Positions 1 through 11,323 of a stretch of DNA of 64,000 bases are shown here, one piece after another. Within the stretch, counting starts at the first letter, position 1; each line of letters opens with the position of its first letter. The notes under the pieces are model-generated. The model was not told the DNA's origin, did not search any database, and saw nothing but the letters and a program-made list of their open reading frames with translations. Both the position numbers and the translations under genes were made by a program. Origin of the DNA: Bacillota bacterium. Its GTDB lineage: Bacteria; Bacillota; Clostridia; Ch29. Where the stretch lies: assembly GCA_040766775.1 (NCBI GenBank), contig JAXGPT010000008.1, positions 1,689 to 65,688 of the forward strand, in the 5' to 3' direction.

Positions 1-2066
1 GGACCCAATGGCTGTTCTTGCTTTTTACAAAAACAATCTTGCATACAAGAAGCGGTCCCAGGTAAACTGGTGCCCGTCCTATGCCCCGTTCTGGCCAACG
101 AGCAGGTGGTATCGGGGGAATGTGAAAGGTGCGGAAGTGCCGTTACCAAGAAAGAGCTGGAGCAGTGGTTTTTCAAGATCACCGACTATGCCCAAAGGCT
201 GCTGGACGACCTGGAAAAGCTGGGGGGCTGGCCGGAAAAGGTCAAACTAATGCAAAAACTGGATAGGAAGAAGCGAAGGGGCATCGGTTGACTTCGCCAT
301 AAGAAGGAATTGGGGAAGAGATAAGGGTGTTTACCACCCGGCCGGATACGCTCTTTGGCGCGACCTTTATGGCCCTTGCCCCCGAGCACCCGCTGTGCAG
401 GCAGATTGCCAGCGGCACCGCGTATGAAAAGGACTTCTTGAAATTTCTTGAGCGAATCAAGAGAATGTCCGAAATGGAAAGAACTTCAACGGAATTGGAA
501 AAGGAAGGGGTTTTCCTGGGGAAATACGCAATAAACCCGGTCAACGGCAGGAGACTGCCTATATATGCCGCCAATTATATACTTCTTGAGTACGGTTCCG
601 GGGCCATTATGGGGGTGCCCGCCCACGACCAGAGGGACTATGAGTTTGCCGTCAAATACAAACTGGATATTGTGGAAGTGGTGCGGCCCCAAGAAGGGGA
701 AGCAGCCCCTGAGGGGCAGGCCTATGACGGGCCCGGCAGCTTGGTTAATTCGGGAAAATACGACGGTATGTATTACACCGAGGCAATGGACAGCATCGTG
801 GAGGACCTGGAACAAAAAGGGAAGGGCGAAAAAGAGATTAAGTACAGGCTGAGGGACTGGCTGATATCGCGGCAGAGGTACTGGGGCGCACCCATACCCA
901 TCGTTTACTGTTCCGACTGCGGCGAAGTGCCGGTACCGGAAAAGGACCTGCCGGTCATACTGCCCATTGATATAGAGCTAACCGGTACGGGGGCTTCACC
1001 CCTTGCAAGGAGCGAAAAGTTTGTAAATACAACCTGTCCCGGGTGCGGCAAGCCGGCGAAGAGGGAAACGGATACTATGGATACCTTCGTGTGTTCGTCA
1101 TGGTATTTTTTAAGGTTTACCGACCCGAAAAACACCGAGATGCCCTTCGCCAAGGAAAAGGCGGATGCCTGGATGCCGGTGGACCAGTACATCGGCGGCG
1201 TAGAGCATGCGATACTCCACCTCATGTACGCCCGGTTCTTTACCAAGGTGTTGTATGATCTGGGACTGTGTTCCTGTGACGAGCCCTTTGAGAACCTGCT
1301 GACCCAGGGAATGGTGCTTAAGGACGGTGCCAAGATGTCCAAGTCCAAGGGCAATGTTGTAAGCCCGGAGGACATAATAGAAAGGTACGGGGCGGACACC
1401 GCAAGGCTGTTTATCCTGTTTGCCGCACCGCCGGAAAAAGACCTGGAATGGAGCGACCAGGGAGTGGAAGGCTGCTACCGTTTCCTGGGCAGGATTTGGA
1501 GGCTGGTGGAGGAAAATGTAAATACCATCACGGGTGCCGGAGGGATAGACCGCGCGTCTTTGAACGCGGAAGACAGGGAAATGCTATATGTTATTAACCG
1601 TACCGTGAAGAAGGTAACCGATGATATACAAGACCGGTTCAACTTCAATACCGCCATCAGTGCTATAATGGAAATGGTAAACGCCTTGTATCAGTACAGG
1701 GAAAGGGAAGGATTTAACCCCGCGGCGTTTAGGGAAGGTGTCAATAAACTGGTGGTGCTCATGGCGCCTTTTGCACCTCATATAACCGAGGAACTCTGGG
1801 AAATGACGGGGGGAGAAGGCAGCGTTCACCGGCAGAAATGGCCGGCCTTTGACGAAGAGTTCATGGTAAGGGATATGACAACGATTGTGGTGCAGGTTAA
1901 CGGAAAGGTTAGAAGCCGTATGCAGGTTCCTTCGGGGACCAATGAAGAAAAATTGAAAGGACTGGCACTGGAGGACGAAAGGGTAAAGGCCTATACCGAC
2001 GGCCGCAGTATCCGAAAGGTAATTGTGGTTCCGGATAAGCTGGTCAATGTTGTATTAGGGGGGTAA
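1..2066 (+). CDS. leuS: Leucyl-tRNA synthetase, 3' portion (gene starts upstream of the window); frame disrupted three times in the first ~330 nt as read
   Basis: Translations match class I LeuRS blocks: [30 protein letters not shown] (alternate frame), [22 protein letters not shown]. The frame changes near 75-85, 265-290 and 300-325. A single 579-aa frame then runs 327-2066. Confidence 0.9.
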
Positions 2067-2072
2067 AGGAAT

Positions 2073-2723
2073 ATGAATGAAAGGATTCACCCGGTTCTAA
2101 AAAGCATGATACCCATAGTCGGGGGTATAGCTAAAACCTTTGGGAAAAGCTGTGAAGTGGTGCTCCATGATATAACAGACCCTTATCATTCAATAGTGGC
2201 CATTGAAAATTCGCACGTTACCGGCAGGGAGCTGGGAGGGGCCATGTCCCAGGCGAATATTGAGGCCATTGCGTCGGGGGGATTCACCCAAGACCAGATT
2301 AACTATACGAAAAAAACCGCCGACGGGAGAATACTAAAATCGTCAACAATAGTTATAAGGGATGGGAACCAAAAACCTATAGGGTGCCTTTGCATAAACT
2401 TTGACCTGTCCGATTTCGTCATGGTGAGGAATTCAATAAACGCCCTGTGCCATACCGATGAACCGGAGGAAACGAAGGAAGACAAGGGGTACCAGGGGGC
2501 CAGTATAAACGAAGTACTGTGCAACCTTGTAAACAGTGTCCTGGAAGCATCCGGCAAGCCGGTGGCGTACATGACCAAGGAAGATAAGGTGGAAATTGTA
2601 AGGGTTTTGGACCAAAAAGGAGCGTTCCTGATAAAGGGAGCCATCGACTATGTTGCAAAGGTGTTGTGTGTTTCAAGGTATACCGTGTATAATTATCTTG
2701 ACGAAGTAAGGGTAGGAGAATAA
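2073..2723 (+). CDS. YheO-like PAS-domain / HTH transcriptional regulator
   Basis: 216-aa ORF with an RBS-like AGGGGGG upstream. The N-terminal block (GKSCEVVLHD...IVAIEN) and the C-terminal HTH (VSRYTVYNYL) are typical of the YheO family. It sits directly upstream of ridA, a common pairing. Confidence 0.7.
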   Translation: MNERIHPVLKSMIPIVGGIAKTFGKSCEVVLHDITDPYHSIVAIENSHVTGRELGGAMSQANIEAIASGGFTQDQINYTKKTADGRILKSSTIVIRDGNQKPIGCLCINFDLSDFVMVRNSINALCHTDEPEETKEDKGYQGASINEVLCNLVNSVLEASGKPVAYMTKEDKVEIVRVLDQKGAFLIKGAIDYVAKVLCVSRYTVYNYLDEVRVGE

Positions 2724-2743
2724 AAAAGGAGGGCTGACCGTTT

Positions 2744-3124
2744 ATGAAAAAGGAGATAGTGTCGACCAAGAATGCGCCCGGTGCGGTGGGACCCTATTCC
2801 CAGGCGGTTAAATGCGGCGGCATGGTATACACCGCAGGCCAGGTAGCGTTGGACCCCAACACGGGACAAATGGTGGAGGGGGGTATCAAGGAGCAGACCC
2901 ACCAGGTGTTCGCCAATCTTAAGGCCGTGCTGGAGGCTGCCGGCACAAGCCTTGAAAACGTAGTCAAGGCCACGGTGTTTATAGTGGACATGGATAAATT
3001 CGGCGAAGTAAACGAAGTGTACGCAAACTACTTTACCGGCGATTTCCCGGCCCGTTCCTGTATCGAGGTGGGCAGGCTGCCCAAGGGAGCGCTGGTGGAA
3101 ATAGAAGTTATAGCGGCATTGTAA
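2744..3124 (+). CDS. ridA: RidA/YjgF family reactive-intermediate (enamine/imine) deaminase
   Basis: 126 aa with the hallmarks [60 protein letters not shown] lies upstream. Confidence 0.92.
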   Translation: MKKEIVSTKNAPGAVGPYSQAVKCGGMVYTAGQVALDPNTGQMVEGGIKEQTHQVFANLKAVLEAAGTSLENVVKATVFIVDMDKFGEVNEVYANYFTGDFPARSCIEVGRLPKGALVEIEVIAAL

Positions 3125-3130
3125 GTATAT

Positions 3131-3158
3131 AAAGGGCGGGTATTCCGCCCTTTATTTT
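3131..3158. terminator. Bidirectional intrinsic terminator between convergent ridA and the carboxypeptidase gene
   Basis: Stem AAAGGGCGG / CCGCCCTTT with a 5-nt loop. A T-run follows on the + strand and an A-run precedes it. Confidence 0.75.
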
Positions 3159-4414
3159 CTTCTGAATATGTTTCTTTTCCTTATATACATAGACCTTCTC
3201 CTTCTTCGGTTTTTTGCCAAAAACCTAAAGGCCAGCAGCGAAACCGGCAAAACCAGCAGGAAACCCCACAGGCCGGCCTTTGAATTACCTGTTTCTCCCT
3301 TGAGCATTCCCGAAGCCAGTACTTTTCCCTGGTCATTCCTCTGGGCAATCAGCCTGACGGTTCCCACCACCTCATCGCCGATACTGTATTCAATATATCC
3401 GACGCGCTCCCCGGTGCGCACGGTGGGTTTTATGGCATCCATTACGATGTTTTCCTTGATGCCGGGTTTTTCACCGTCCACCGGATAGTTGTAGTGGAAT
3501 CCCTGTTCAGTTACGATCTTGACTTCCGACTTGGAGCCTAAAAACTCCACGTTGTCTACCACTTTACCCGCTTCCATCACCGGCACCTGTTCGAAGCCTT
3601 CAAAGGCATAATCCAGGAGGGCCTTTGTATTGGACCACAGTGCCTTGTTATCCGGCTCGTTTAGTATTACTGTGATATACTCCCTGCCGTCCCTTTGGGC
3701 GGACCCTACGAAACAGTTCTTGGCCGCAGCAGTATAGCCGGTTTTTATACCGTTTGCACCCTCGTATTTATCCGATGTATTCTTTATAATCCTGTTCCCG
3801 TTGTATAAATACCGGGTATCCTGCATATTGGTTTCAGGTATGATGTATCTTACCGTGTTTACAATCTCCCTGAACTTGGGCAGTGTCATTGCATGTTTTG
3901 CAATAAGCGCCATATCATAGGCAGTGGTTACATGTTCCTTGTCATGCAGCCCGTTGGGGTTGGTGAAGTGGGTGTTTTTGGCTCCCAGCTGCACCGCCTT
4001 GTCATTCATCATTACCGCGAACTCTTCAACCGATCCCGCTATGTATTCCGCTATGGCAATGGCCGCATCATTACCCGACTCCAGCATCAGCCCGTACAAA
4101 ACCTGCTCCAGCGTTACTTTCTCACCTTCCAGCAGGTATATTCTGCTGCCTTCTATGTAGGAAGCCCTCATGCTTATCGGTACATAATCGGTCAGCGTCC
4201 CCCTTTCAAGGGCTAGGACCGCTGTCATTATTTTGGTTACGCTGGCGGGGTAAGAAGCAGTGTGGGCATTTTTGCTGTACAGTACCTGGCCTGTTTGGGC
4301 GTCTATAAGAATCGCTTTCTGGGAGCTAATATCAAAGGAAGCAAAGGCTTCCACTGGTCCTGCAAGGAAGGTTAGAAGTATTGTCAGAAATATTACGGCT
4401 GTGTATTTTTTCAT
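3152..4414 (-). CDS. D-alanyl-D-alanine carboxypeptidase (peptidase S11, PBP5/DacF-like)
   Basis: Signal peptide MKKYTAVIFLTILLTFLAGPVEAFA, active-site context PASVTKIMT, SGND and KTGYT motifs, C-terminal membrane anchor. Start chosen at ATG 4414 behind GGAGGG; the longer ORF to 4573 has no RBS. Confidence 0.88.
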   Translation of the reverse strand: MKKYTAVIFLTILLTFLAGPVEAFASFDISSQKAILIDAQTGQVLYSKNAHTASYPASVTKIMTAVLALERGTLTDYVPISMRASYIEGSRIYLLEGEKVTLEQVLYGLMLESGNDAAIAIAEYIAGSVEEFAVMMNDKAVQLGAKNTHFTNPNGLHDKEHVTTAYDMALIAKHAMTLPKFREIVNTVRYIIPETNMQDTRYLYNGNRIIKNTSDKYEGANGIKTGYTAAAKNCFVGSAQRDGREYITVILNEPDNKALWSNTKALLDYAFEGFEQVPVMEAGKVVDNVEFLGSKSEVKIVTEQGFHYNYPVDGEKPGIKENIVMDAIKPTVRTGERVGYIEYSIGDEVVGTVRLIAQRNDQGKVLASGMLKGETGNSKAGLWGFLLVLPVSLLAFRFLAKNRRRRRSMYIRKRNIFRRK

Positions 4415-4595
4415 GATTCCCTCCGTTATGTAAGAATGTCGAATATAGTTATAGTATAACAGATGAACGCTTATGTTTACAGGCGAAAGGGTATAAATCC
4501 AAAATACATTGAAAGGCATCAACTCCGACTGTGAAGGAAAAAATAGAAATGCGTAGAATAAATACCATACCAAACGACTCGGGGGAGGTGGCGGT

Positions 4596-5173
4596 ATGAA
4601 CGCTTTCTAAGAGGAATTGGTACTGACAGGCCTTGTTATTGTATTATTGGCGGTAAATGTTGGGCTTATTCTAAAGATCGACAGCGCAGGCAAAGGGGAT
4701 GTATCTGTAAAGGAACTGGACAGCTACTTTGTTGAGGAAGACTATGCGAAGGCCCAGATAGCGGTGCACGTGACCGGCGAGGTAAAGGAAAGGGGGCTTA
4801 TATACATAAATGAGGGTTCTCGCGCCCTGGATGCCATAAGAGCGGCGGGGGAGCCCTTGATACCGCGGACCTTGACCGGATCAACCTGGCAAAGGTGATG
4901 CAGGACAGCGAAAACTGCATGTCCCGGCGGTGGGTGAAATTCTGGATAATAATGCGTATGGGATATAATGAAGCAAATGCTAAAATCAATATAAATACGG
5001 CCACCGCGGCCCAGCTTGATACACTTCAGGGCATAGGCCCGGTGCTGGCCCAGAGGATAGTTGATTTCCGGGAGAGGGAGGGCCGCTTTGAAAGAATAGA
5101 GGATATAATGAAGGTATCGGGTATAGGCCCGAAGGTTTACGAAAACATTAAGGACAGTATAACGGTGAGGTGA
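4596..5173 (+). pseudogene. comEA: ComEA-like competence protein (SLBB + helix-hairpin-helix), multiply frameshifted as read
   Basis: The C-terminus ININTATAAQLDTLQGIGPVLAQRIVDFRE..F..IEDIMKVSGIGPKVYENI is the ComEA HhH domain. The N-terminal TM segment and the VHVTGEV..GLIY..GSR..DAI.AAG block lie in other frames. The frame changes at about 4605, 4860, 4905 and 4965. At 4905 one extra A in the run 'gcgaaaactg' would restore EKLHVPAVGE. Confidence 0.8.
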
Positions 5174-6219
5174 ATGCTGTGTTAAATAAAGACCAGGTAA
5201 GGCTGACTTCTCTTACCGCCAGTGCCGGGTGAGCGGCCAAAATAGGGCCCGATGCCCTGGCGCAGGTTCTGCGCCATTTACAGGCAGTCCAACATCCGGA
5301 CCTATTGGTGGGTTTTTCCGGTTCGGATGATGCGGCGGTTTATAGAATAAATAATGATACCGCTGTTATTCAGACACTGGATTTCTTTACGCCGGTGGTG
5401 GACGACCCCTTTGTTTTCGGCCAGATTGCAGCTGCAAACTCCTTGAGCGATATTTACGCAATGGGCGTAGCCCGTTCTTGCGCTGAATATTGTCTGTTTC
5501 CCGAAGTGCCTGCATTTGGACGTGTTAAAGGATATTCTGTTGGGCGGCGCGGACAGGGTTAAGGAAGCCGGGGCGCTGCTTGCAGGGGGCATACCATCCA
5601 GGACGATGAGCCCAAGTACGGGCTTTCGGTGATGGGGCTTATTCACCCCGACCGGGTTGTCACGAATAGCGGGGCCAGGCCCGGGGATGTACTGGTGCTT
5701 ACAAAGCCCCTGGGTACCGGGGTTATAAATACCGCAATAAAGGCGGACCTGGTCAGTCACGAGATTTATAAAAGTGCAGTGGATGTTATGATAGCCCTCA
5801 ACGGGGATGCCGCCAGGGCCATGCAGCAAGTGGGCGCCAAGGGCTGCACCGATATTACCGGTTTTGGGCTTGTGGGGCACTGCATGGAGATGGCGGAGGC
5901 AAGCGGCGTGTCCATCCGTTTGCGGAAAGACAAAATCCCGGTGCTGGAGGGTGCCAGGGAACTGGCCCGAATGGGTATGGTCCCTGCGGGGGCCTATTCA
6001 AACAAGAGTTATGCCGGCGGTAGGGTGAATCTAAAAGGGGTGGAAACCGACCTGGAGGACATAGTATTCGACCCACAAACCTCGGGGGGGCTTCTAATAT
6101 CCATGCCGGAAGACAAGGCGGAGCGCTTCCTCGGTCTCCTATCTCCTGAAACGGTCCGAAGGTGTGCTGTAATAGGGGAGGTAAGGGAAAGGGAAGCTTT
6201 TGCGGTGGAGGTATTGTAG
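5170..6219 (+). CDS. selD: Selenide, water dikinase (selenophosphate synthetase), selenocysteine-containing form; also carries two compensating frame disruptions as read
   Basis: GTG start at 5170 or 5179. An in-frame TGA at 5230-5232 sits in the context TASAG-U-AAKIGP, the position of Cys/Sec in SelD. Downstream blocks: [28 protein letters not shown], (alternate frame) [10 protein letters not shown]...[16 protein letters not shown], then [40 protein letters not shown]. The out-of-frame stretch runs from about 5466 to 5590. Confidence 0.9.
5259..5275 (+). promoter_or_regulatory. Candidate bacterial SECIS hairpin for the selD UGA
   Basis: Perfect 7-bp stem GGCGCAG / CTGCGCC with apical loop GUU. 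The stem starts 29 nt 3' of the UGA. This spacing and a G-containing apical loop fit the general bSECIS model. Confidence 0.5.
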
Positions 6220-6245
6220 TACCAGGTATATAAGCTGTGGAACGG

Positions 6246-6289
6246 TTATTCCGGGAAAAGAAAAAAGAGCCCGGAATAATTATTTTTTT
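6246..6289 (+). terminator. Intrinsic terminator after selD
   Basis: 10-bp stem TTATTCCGGG / CCCGGAATAA followed by a T7 run. Confidence 0.8.
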
Positions 6290-6396
6290 GTGCCACCATA
6301 AAGGAATTTTAGAAAACAGGGAGAATATATATACAATGTGTTATATAACTGCAGAATGTAGTTATATATCAAAAAATGTTGATTAGGAGGGAAATT

Positions 6397-7746
6397 ATGG
6401 AGTTCTTCATGGAATTAAACAGCAAGATCAACAGCTTGGTTTGGGGTCCCCCTATGCTGGTGCTTATAGTTGGTACCGGCATATACCTGACTACCCGCAC
6501 TAATTTTATGTCAATAACAAAAATAGGCTATGTATTAAAAAACACTCTTCTTAAAATGTTCGACAAGTCAACCGTTGGGGAAGGGGAGATTACACCCTTC
6601 CAGGCTGTTGCAACAGCTCTTGCAGCAACCATAGGTATAGGTAACATAGCCGGCGTGGCTACTGCCATCGCACTGGGGGGCCCTGGGGCCGTATTCTGGA
6701 TGTGGCTGTCGGCGATATTCGGAATGGCCACGAAATACAGCGAAGTTGTGCTGGCCATCAAGTACAGGGAGAAGACCCCGGACGGTCGTTTTGTGGGAGG
6801 TCCCATGTACTATATCCGAAACGGCCTTAACTTAAAATGGCTTGCAGCGATTTTTGCATTCTTTGGAGCACTGGCAGCCTTCGGTATAGGCAACATGACC
6901 CAGGCCAATTCGGTGGCAGCCGCTATGGAGACTACATTTGGTGCAAACAAGCTGGTTTCGGGAATAGTATTAGCAGTGGCAACGGCAGCGGTTGTACTAG
7001 GTGGGCTTAAAAGGATTGCACAGGTTACCGAAAGACTTGTTCCGTTCATGGCAGCGTTCTATATCATCGGGGGAATAATAATTTTGATAATAAAAGCATC
7101 CAGTATTCCGGCGGCTTTCGGGCTTATATTCAGTTCGGCCTTTACAGGCACAGCGGCGGTGGGCGGATTTGCCGGTTCCACCATTATGATGGCAGCCAGG
7201 TACGGGGTTGCCCGGGGAGTATTCTCCAACGAAGCCGGTCTTGGTAGTGCGCCTATAGCCCACGCTGCAGCCACCACCGACAGTGCGGTAAAACAAGGCC
7301 TGTGGGGAATATTCGAAGTGTTCATGGATACTATTGTGGTATGCTCAATAACATCACTGTCCATAATAGTAACCGGAGTATGGCAGACCGGCGAAACCGG
7401 TGCCGCTCTTACCACGGCAGCTTTCAATGCGGGGCTTCCCGGACCCGGCGGTATTATAGTCGCAGTTGGCGTCCTGCTGTTTGCGTATTCCACCATCCTT
7501 AGCTGGGAGTATTACGGGGAGCGCTGCGCCGAGTATCTTTTTGGCAGCAAAGCAATAATGCCGTACAGGATTATATGGATACCCTTCATATTGATTGGAG
7601 CTATAGGCGGGCTGGTTACGATATGGGATATCGCCGATACGCTTAACGGGCTCATGGCTATTCCCAACCTTATCGGTGTGCTTGGCTTGAGCGGCGTAAT
7701 AATCAAGCTTACCAAGGAGTACTTCAGCAAGGAAAAAGAAGTTTAG
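6397..7746 (+). CDS. Alanine/glycine:cation symporter (AGCS family)
   Basis: About 450 aa and polytopic. Family blocks present: TPFQAVATALAATIGIGNIAGVATAI..GGPGAVFWMW, GGPMYYI, FSNEAGLGSAPIAHAAA. Start at ATG 6397 behind AGGAGGG. Confidence 0.9.
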   Translation: MEFFMELNSKINSLVWGPPMLVLIVGTGIYLTTRTNFMSITKIGYVLKNTLLKMFDKSTVGEGEITPFQAVATALAATIGIGNIAGVATAIALGGPGAVFWMWLSAIFGMATKYSEVVLAIKYREKTPDGRFVGGPMYYIRNGLNLKWLAAIFAFFGALAAFGIGNMTQANSVAAAMETTFGANKLVSGIVLAVATAAVVLGGLKRIAQVTERLVPFMAAFYIIGGIIILIIKASSIPAAFGLIFSSAFTGTAAVGGFAGSTIMMAARYGVARGVFSNEAGLGSAPIAHAAATTDSAVKQGLWGIFEVFMDTIVVCSITSLSIIVTGVWQTGETGAALTTAAFNAGLPGPGGIIVAVGVLLFAYSTILSWEYYGERCAEYLFGSKAIMPYRIIWIPFILIGAIGGLVTIWDIADTLNGLMAIPNLIGVLGLSGVIIKLTKEYFSKEKEV

Positions 7747-7754
7747 CACAAAGG

Positions 7755-7779
7755 GCCCCGGTCAATCCGGGGCTTTTTT
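7755..7779 (+). terminator. Intrinsic terminator after the AGCS gene
   Basis: Stem GCCCCGG / CCGGGGC, 5-nt loop, then TTTTTT. Confidence 0.8.
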
Positions 7780-7854
7780 CTTGAATATTCCTGCGGTATA
7801 TGGGAGAATAGGGTATATGGAAGAAAGTCGGATACCCGGGAGGAATGGAAATAT

Positions 7855-9279
7855 ATGAACAGTATTGACGTTTTGAGGCTGCTGCCCTCGGTGGACCAGA
7901 TGCTTAGAAAACCGGAAGTGCAAGATATGATGGAAAGACACGCCCGGGCGACCGTCACCGAAGTCATAAGGAGGGTGCTGCAGGAAACCCGGCAAAGCAT
8001 TATCGAGGGTGAGTATAACAGCGAAATAAGCGCAGAGGCCATTGAGAGAAGACTTGTCAAGGTCCTTGATGAAAGGCTTAAAAAGGAAAGCCAGGGAAAA
8101 CTTGTGGAAGTCATAAACGGTACAGGAGTGGTTATACATACAAACCTAGGCAGGTCTCCGGTGGCGGAAAGGGCGGTGGCCGACCTTGCCAGGCTGTCCG
8201 GGGTATACGTTAACCTTGAATACGACCTTGAAAGCGGTGGCAGCTCCCCTGCCACGATTTAGTGAGGGACCTTTACGTAGTATTACCGGTGCGGAGGACT
8301 GCATGGCGGTAAACAATAACGCGGCGGCGGTGCTGCTGGTATTAAGCGCAATGGCGTCCGGAAGAGAGGTCATAGTGTCCCGGGGAGAGCTGGTTGAAAT
8401 TGGAGGCTCCTTCAGGGTGCCGGAGGTGATGGAGCAGGGCGGCGCCAGGCTGGTGGAGGTGGGCACCACCAACAAAACCTATATAGAAGATTACAGGAGG
8501 GCTATTAACGACAATACCGGGCTACTGCTTAAGGTCAATACCAGCAACTACCGTATCTGCGGGTTTACACGGCAGGTGTCGCGGGAAGAGCTTACGGCCT
8601 TGGGCAGGGAGTTTGGCATCCCGGCAGTGGAGGACCTGGGAAGCGGTATGTTTGTTGACCTTGGGGAGTACGGTATAGGCCATGAGCCCACGGTACAGGA
8701 CAGCATACGCTCGGGGATGGACATAGTCACCTTCAGCGGCGACAAGCTGCTGGGGGGACCCCAGGCGGGCATAATTGCCGGAAAAAGAATACATAGGAAT
8801 TGCAAAACACTAGCTGGCACGTCGTCGGGGTGGACAGGCTGACGCTTATCGAGCCGGAAAGCTGGACCTCATGACGGGTGAAGTGGGTGAAGGAAAAGCT
8901 GATACCGGTGCCTGTGATGCGCTTTTACAATGCCAAGTGGATAGACTTTAAGAGAAGGGCTGAAAGGCTTAGAGCTTTGGAGTGGTATTGAACCCCTATG
9001 CTGTATTAGTAATTGAGATGGAATACTCCCAGGTGGCGGTTCGCTGCCCTCGAAAAAGAGATAGAGACAGGAAGAATGAAATGCTAAAGTGCCAATAATG
9101 ACATTATTGAACTGTAGCTAGAGTGAAGGCTTAAGGATGGTGACACGCCTGTTATAGAAGGATTGCAAGGACAGGTTCCCGGTAGATGTAGCAGAACGGT
9201 ATTCGATCTCATCAACTGTTGTGCTGGTCAAGATGCGCAGGCTGGAGAAAGAGTGCTCCAGGGGGCGGCGGATCAATGA
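7855..9279 (+). pseudogene. selA: L-seryl-tRNA(Sec) selenium transferase, frameshifted as read (one shift near 8245, many after about 8790)
   Basis: Blocks [34 protein letters not shown], then (shifted frame) [64 protein letters not shown]-terminal remnants (VGGGSLP-like, DTPVI, RTVFD) are scattered over three frames. The stop TGA at 9277 overlaps the selB ATG (ATGA). Confidence 0.85.
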
Positions 9280-11186
9280 ACAACGTTATTGGCATGGCGG
9301 GGGCATATGACCACGGCAAGACCACGCTTGGTGCGCGTCTCCTTACCGGGAGCAGGAAACACCGGACAGGCTTAAGGAGGAACAAGGTGGTGTGCGTATA
9401 TCCATAGAACTGGGCTTCTTTCTTACCTATTTTGACCTTCCGGATGGCAGGAGAGCCGGAATAATAGACGTACCCGGCCATGAAAAGTTTATAAAAAACA
9501 TGCTGGCGGGGGTCGGGGGAATGGACATGGCGCTGCTGGTGGTGGCGGCGGACGAGGGCATTATGCCGCAGACGGTAGAGCACCTGAACATTCTGGACCT
9601 TATTGGCATAAAGAACGGCATAGTGGTTATTACAAAGGCGGACATGGTGGAACAGGAATGGCTGGACATGGTAATGGAGGATGTGAAGGATAGAATAAAG
9701 GGCACCTTTCTGGAGGATGCCCCGGTCATACCCGTTTCGTCGGTTACCGGTGAAGGCATTGACTTGCTGGTTGAGGCCATTGGCGAAATGACCGCCGGCA
9801 TTAAAGAAAGAAATTACGATACCATATACAGGCTGAATGTAGACAGGGCCTTTTCAATAGCCGGGTTCGGCACCATAGTTACCGGAACTCTTATTTCCGG
9901 CAAAGTGGAAGAGGGCCAGAGAGTTTGTATATATCCCGCAGGCATAGAAAGCAGGATAAGAAATCTGCAGGTACACGACCGGGACGTGGAAGTCGCCTAT
10001 GCCGGCCAGAGGCTTGCATTAAACCTTTTCTTTGCTGCGAAAAGGACCAGGAAAGGACGTCTTAAGCGCCCGGGGTAGGGGCGCCGCTTGCCCACCATGA
10101 TGCTGACTGCCGGTTAAGGCTTGTTTGGGATAATGGATGGACCCTTGAAAACAGGATAGGGTTAGGCTGTGATTTAGGAACAAAGGAGCTTTGTGCAGGG
10201 CCGTAATTGCCGGACAGGAAAGCCTCGGTCCCGGCGAGGAATGCTATGCACAGCTTCGGCTGGAGGAAGAGACGGTGGCACTTGGTGGGGACCGTCACTG
10301 GTTTGTTATTAGAGCTATTCCCCCATGGAGACCATAGGCGGTGCTGGAGCCAAACCTGCCTAAAAGAAAAGGTTTAACAGGAGACCTCATTGAGGAACTA
10401 AAACTAAAGGGAGCGGAGCCCAATAGAGGTGTTGGAAAAGGTTATAAATCCTAACAGCGAACTTTCCGGAAGACATGACCTCTGTAAAGCTTTCGGGTAA
10501 AAGTGAAGGAGGAAATTGGAGCCCATGCTGAAAAGCTGATCGAAAAAGGGGCAATAGGACATCTAAAGCGGCAGCCAGAAAAGTTTACATGCACAGGAGT
10601 ATTGGCCTCATGATGTTGCTTCAAAGGCGGGTTCAATACTATGAATACCACTGGCGCTTATTCAAGAAAAGTAGCGGCATGCCGCCGGAGGAGTTAAGAA
10701 GCAGATTCCTGAAGCCGAAGGAAAGCCCTCTTTACTGATGATACTAAAAACATGGAGAAGCACTAGCACAAGCACATCTCCCTGGTATCCTCATGCGGAT
10801 TTAAAAATAGAACTTTACAATCGACCTGTTATGAAATAAAAAGGAATATCACTAACCTTCTGAAAGGGGAGGATACCACCCTGGGAATGCGAGATAATTA
10901 ACTGCTAATCATACAGGAAGGTTGATGAGATGGAAGAAGTCCTGGATATGCTGGTAGAATCCGATGAAATAAAAAGGCATTGAGTGATTACGGTATTCCT
11001 GGCAAGTCTTTTGAAAATGCGGTGGATACCGCCATAGGCATATCAAAAGAAGGCAGCATAAGCCTTGCGACCCTCCGGACCTTCTGGGCACAAGCCGGAA
11101 ATATGCAATGGCCCTTTTGGAGGAAATGGACAGGGAGAGGATAACCAAAAAAGGTGGGGGGACAACAGGGTATTGTATACAGGTAA
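9276..11186 (+). pseudogene. selB: Selenocysteine-specific elongation factor, heavily frameshifted as read; 3' end approximate
   Basis: N-terminus MNNVIG.AG.YDHGKTT (a GTAGHIDHGKTT-like P-loop broken by indels). One intact stretch reads ISIELGF...DVPGHEKFIKNMLAGVGGMDMALLVVAADEGIMPQTVEHL..ITKADMV..DRAFSIAGFGTIVTGTL..AGQRLALNL. After about 10020 only fragments remain, up to a winged-helix-like end ALLEEMDRERITKK.GDNRVL. Confidence 0.8.
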
Positions 11187-11276
11187 ACGTCCAGGACACG
11201 TGCACTGCAGCTCCCTTGGTGAATTTGATGCGGTGCAGATTTATGGAGAAAGGGGCAGCCTGGGGCCACCAATGGC

Positions 11277-11304
11277 TTGCCAATAACAAAAACACTGCTA
11301 TAAT
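11277..11304 (+). promoter_or_regulatory. Sigma-A type promoter for tRNA-Sec
   Basis: TTGCCA, a 16-nt spacer, then TATAAT. The -10 ends about 20 nt upstream of the tRNA 5' end. Confidence 0.55.
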
Positions 11305-11323
11305 AGGCTTGCGGGTTGAGTTT

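Noticed and set aside
6290-6396. Glycine riboswitch upstream of the AGCS symporter.
   Set aside because: No GGAGAG...CACCG...CTCTGGAGAG-type conserved cores were seen. The region is a short AT-rich promoter-like spacer.
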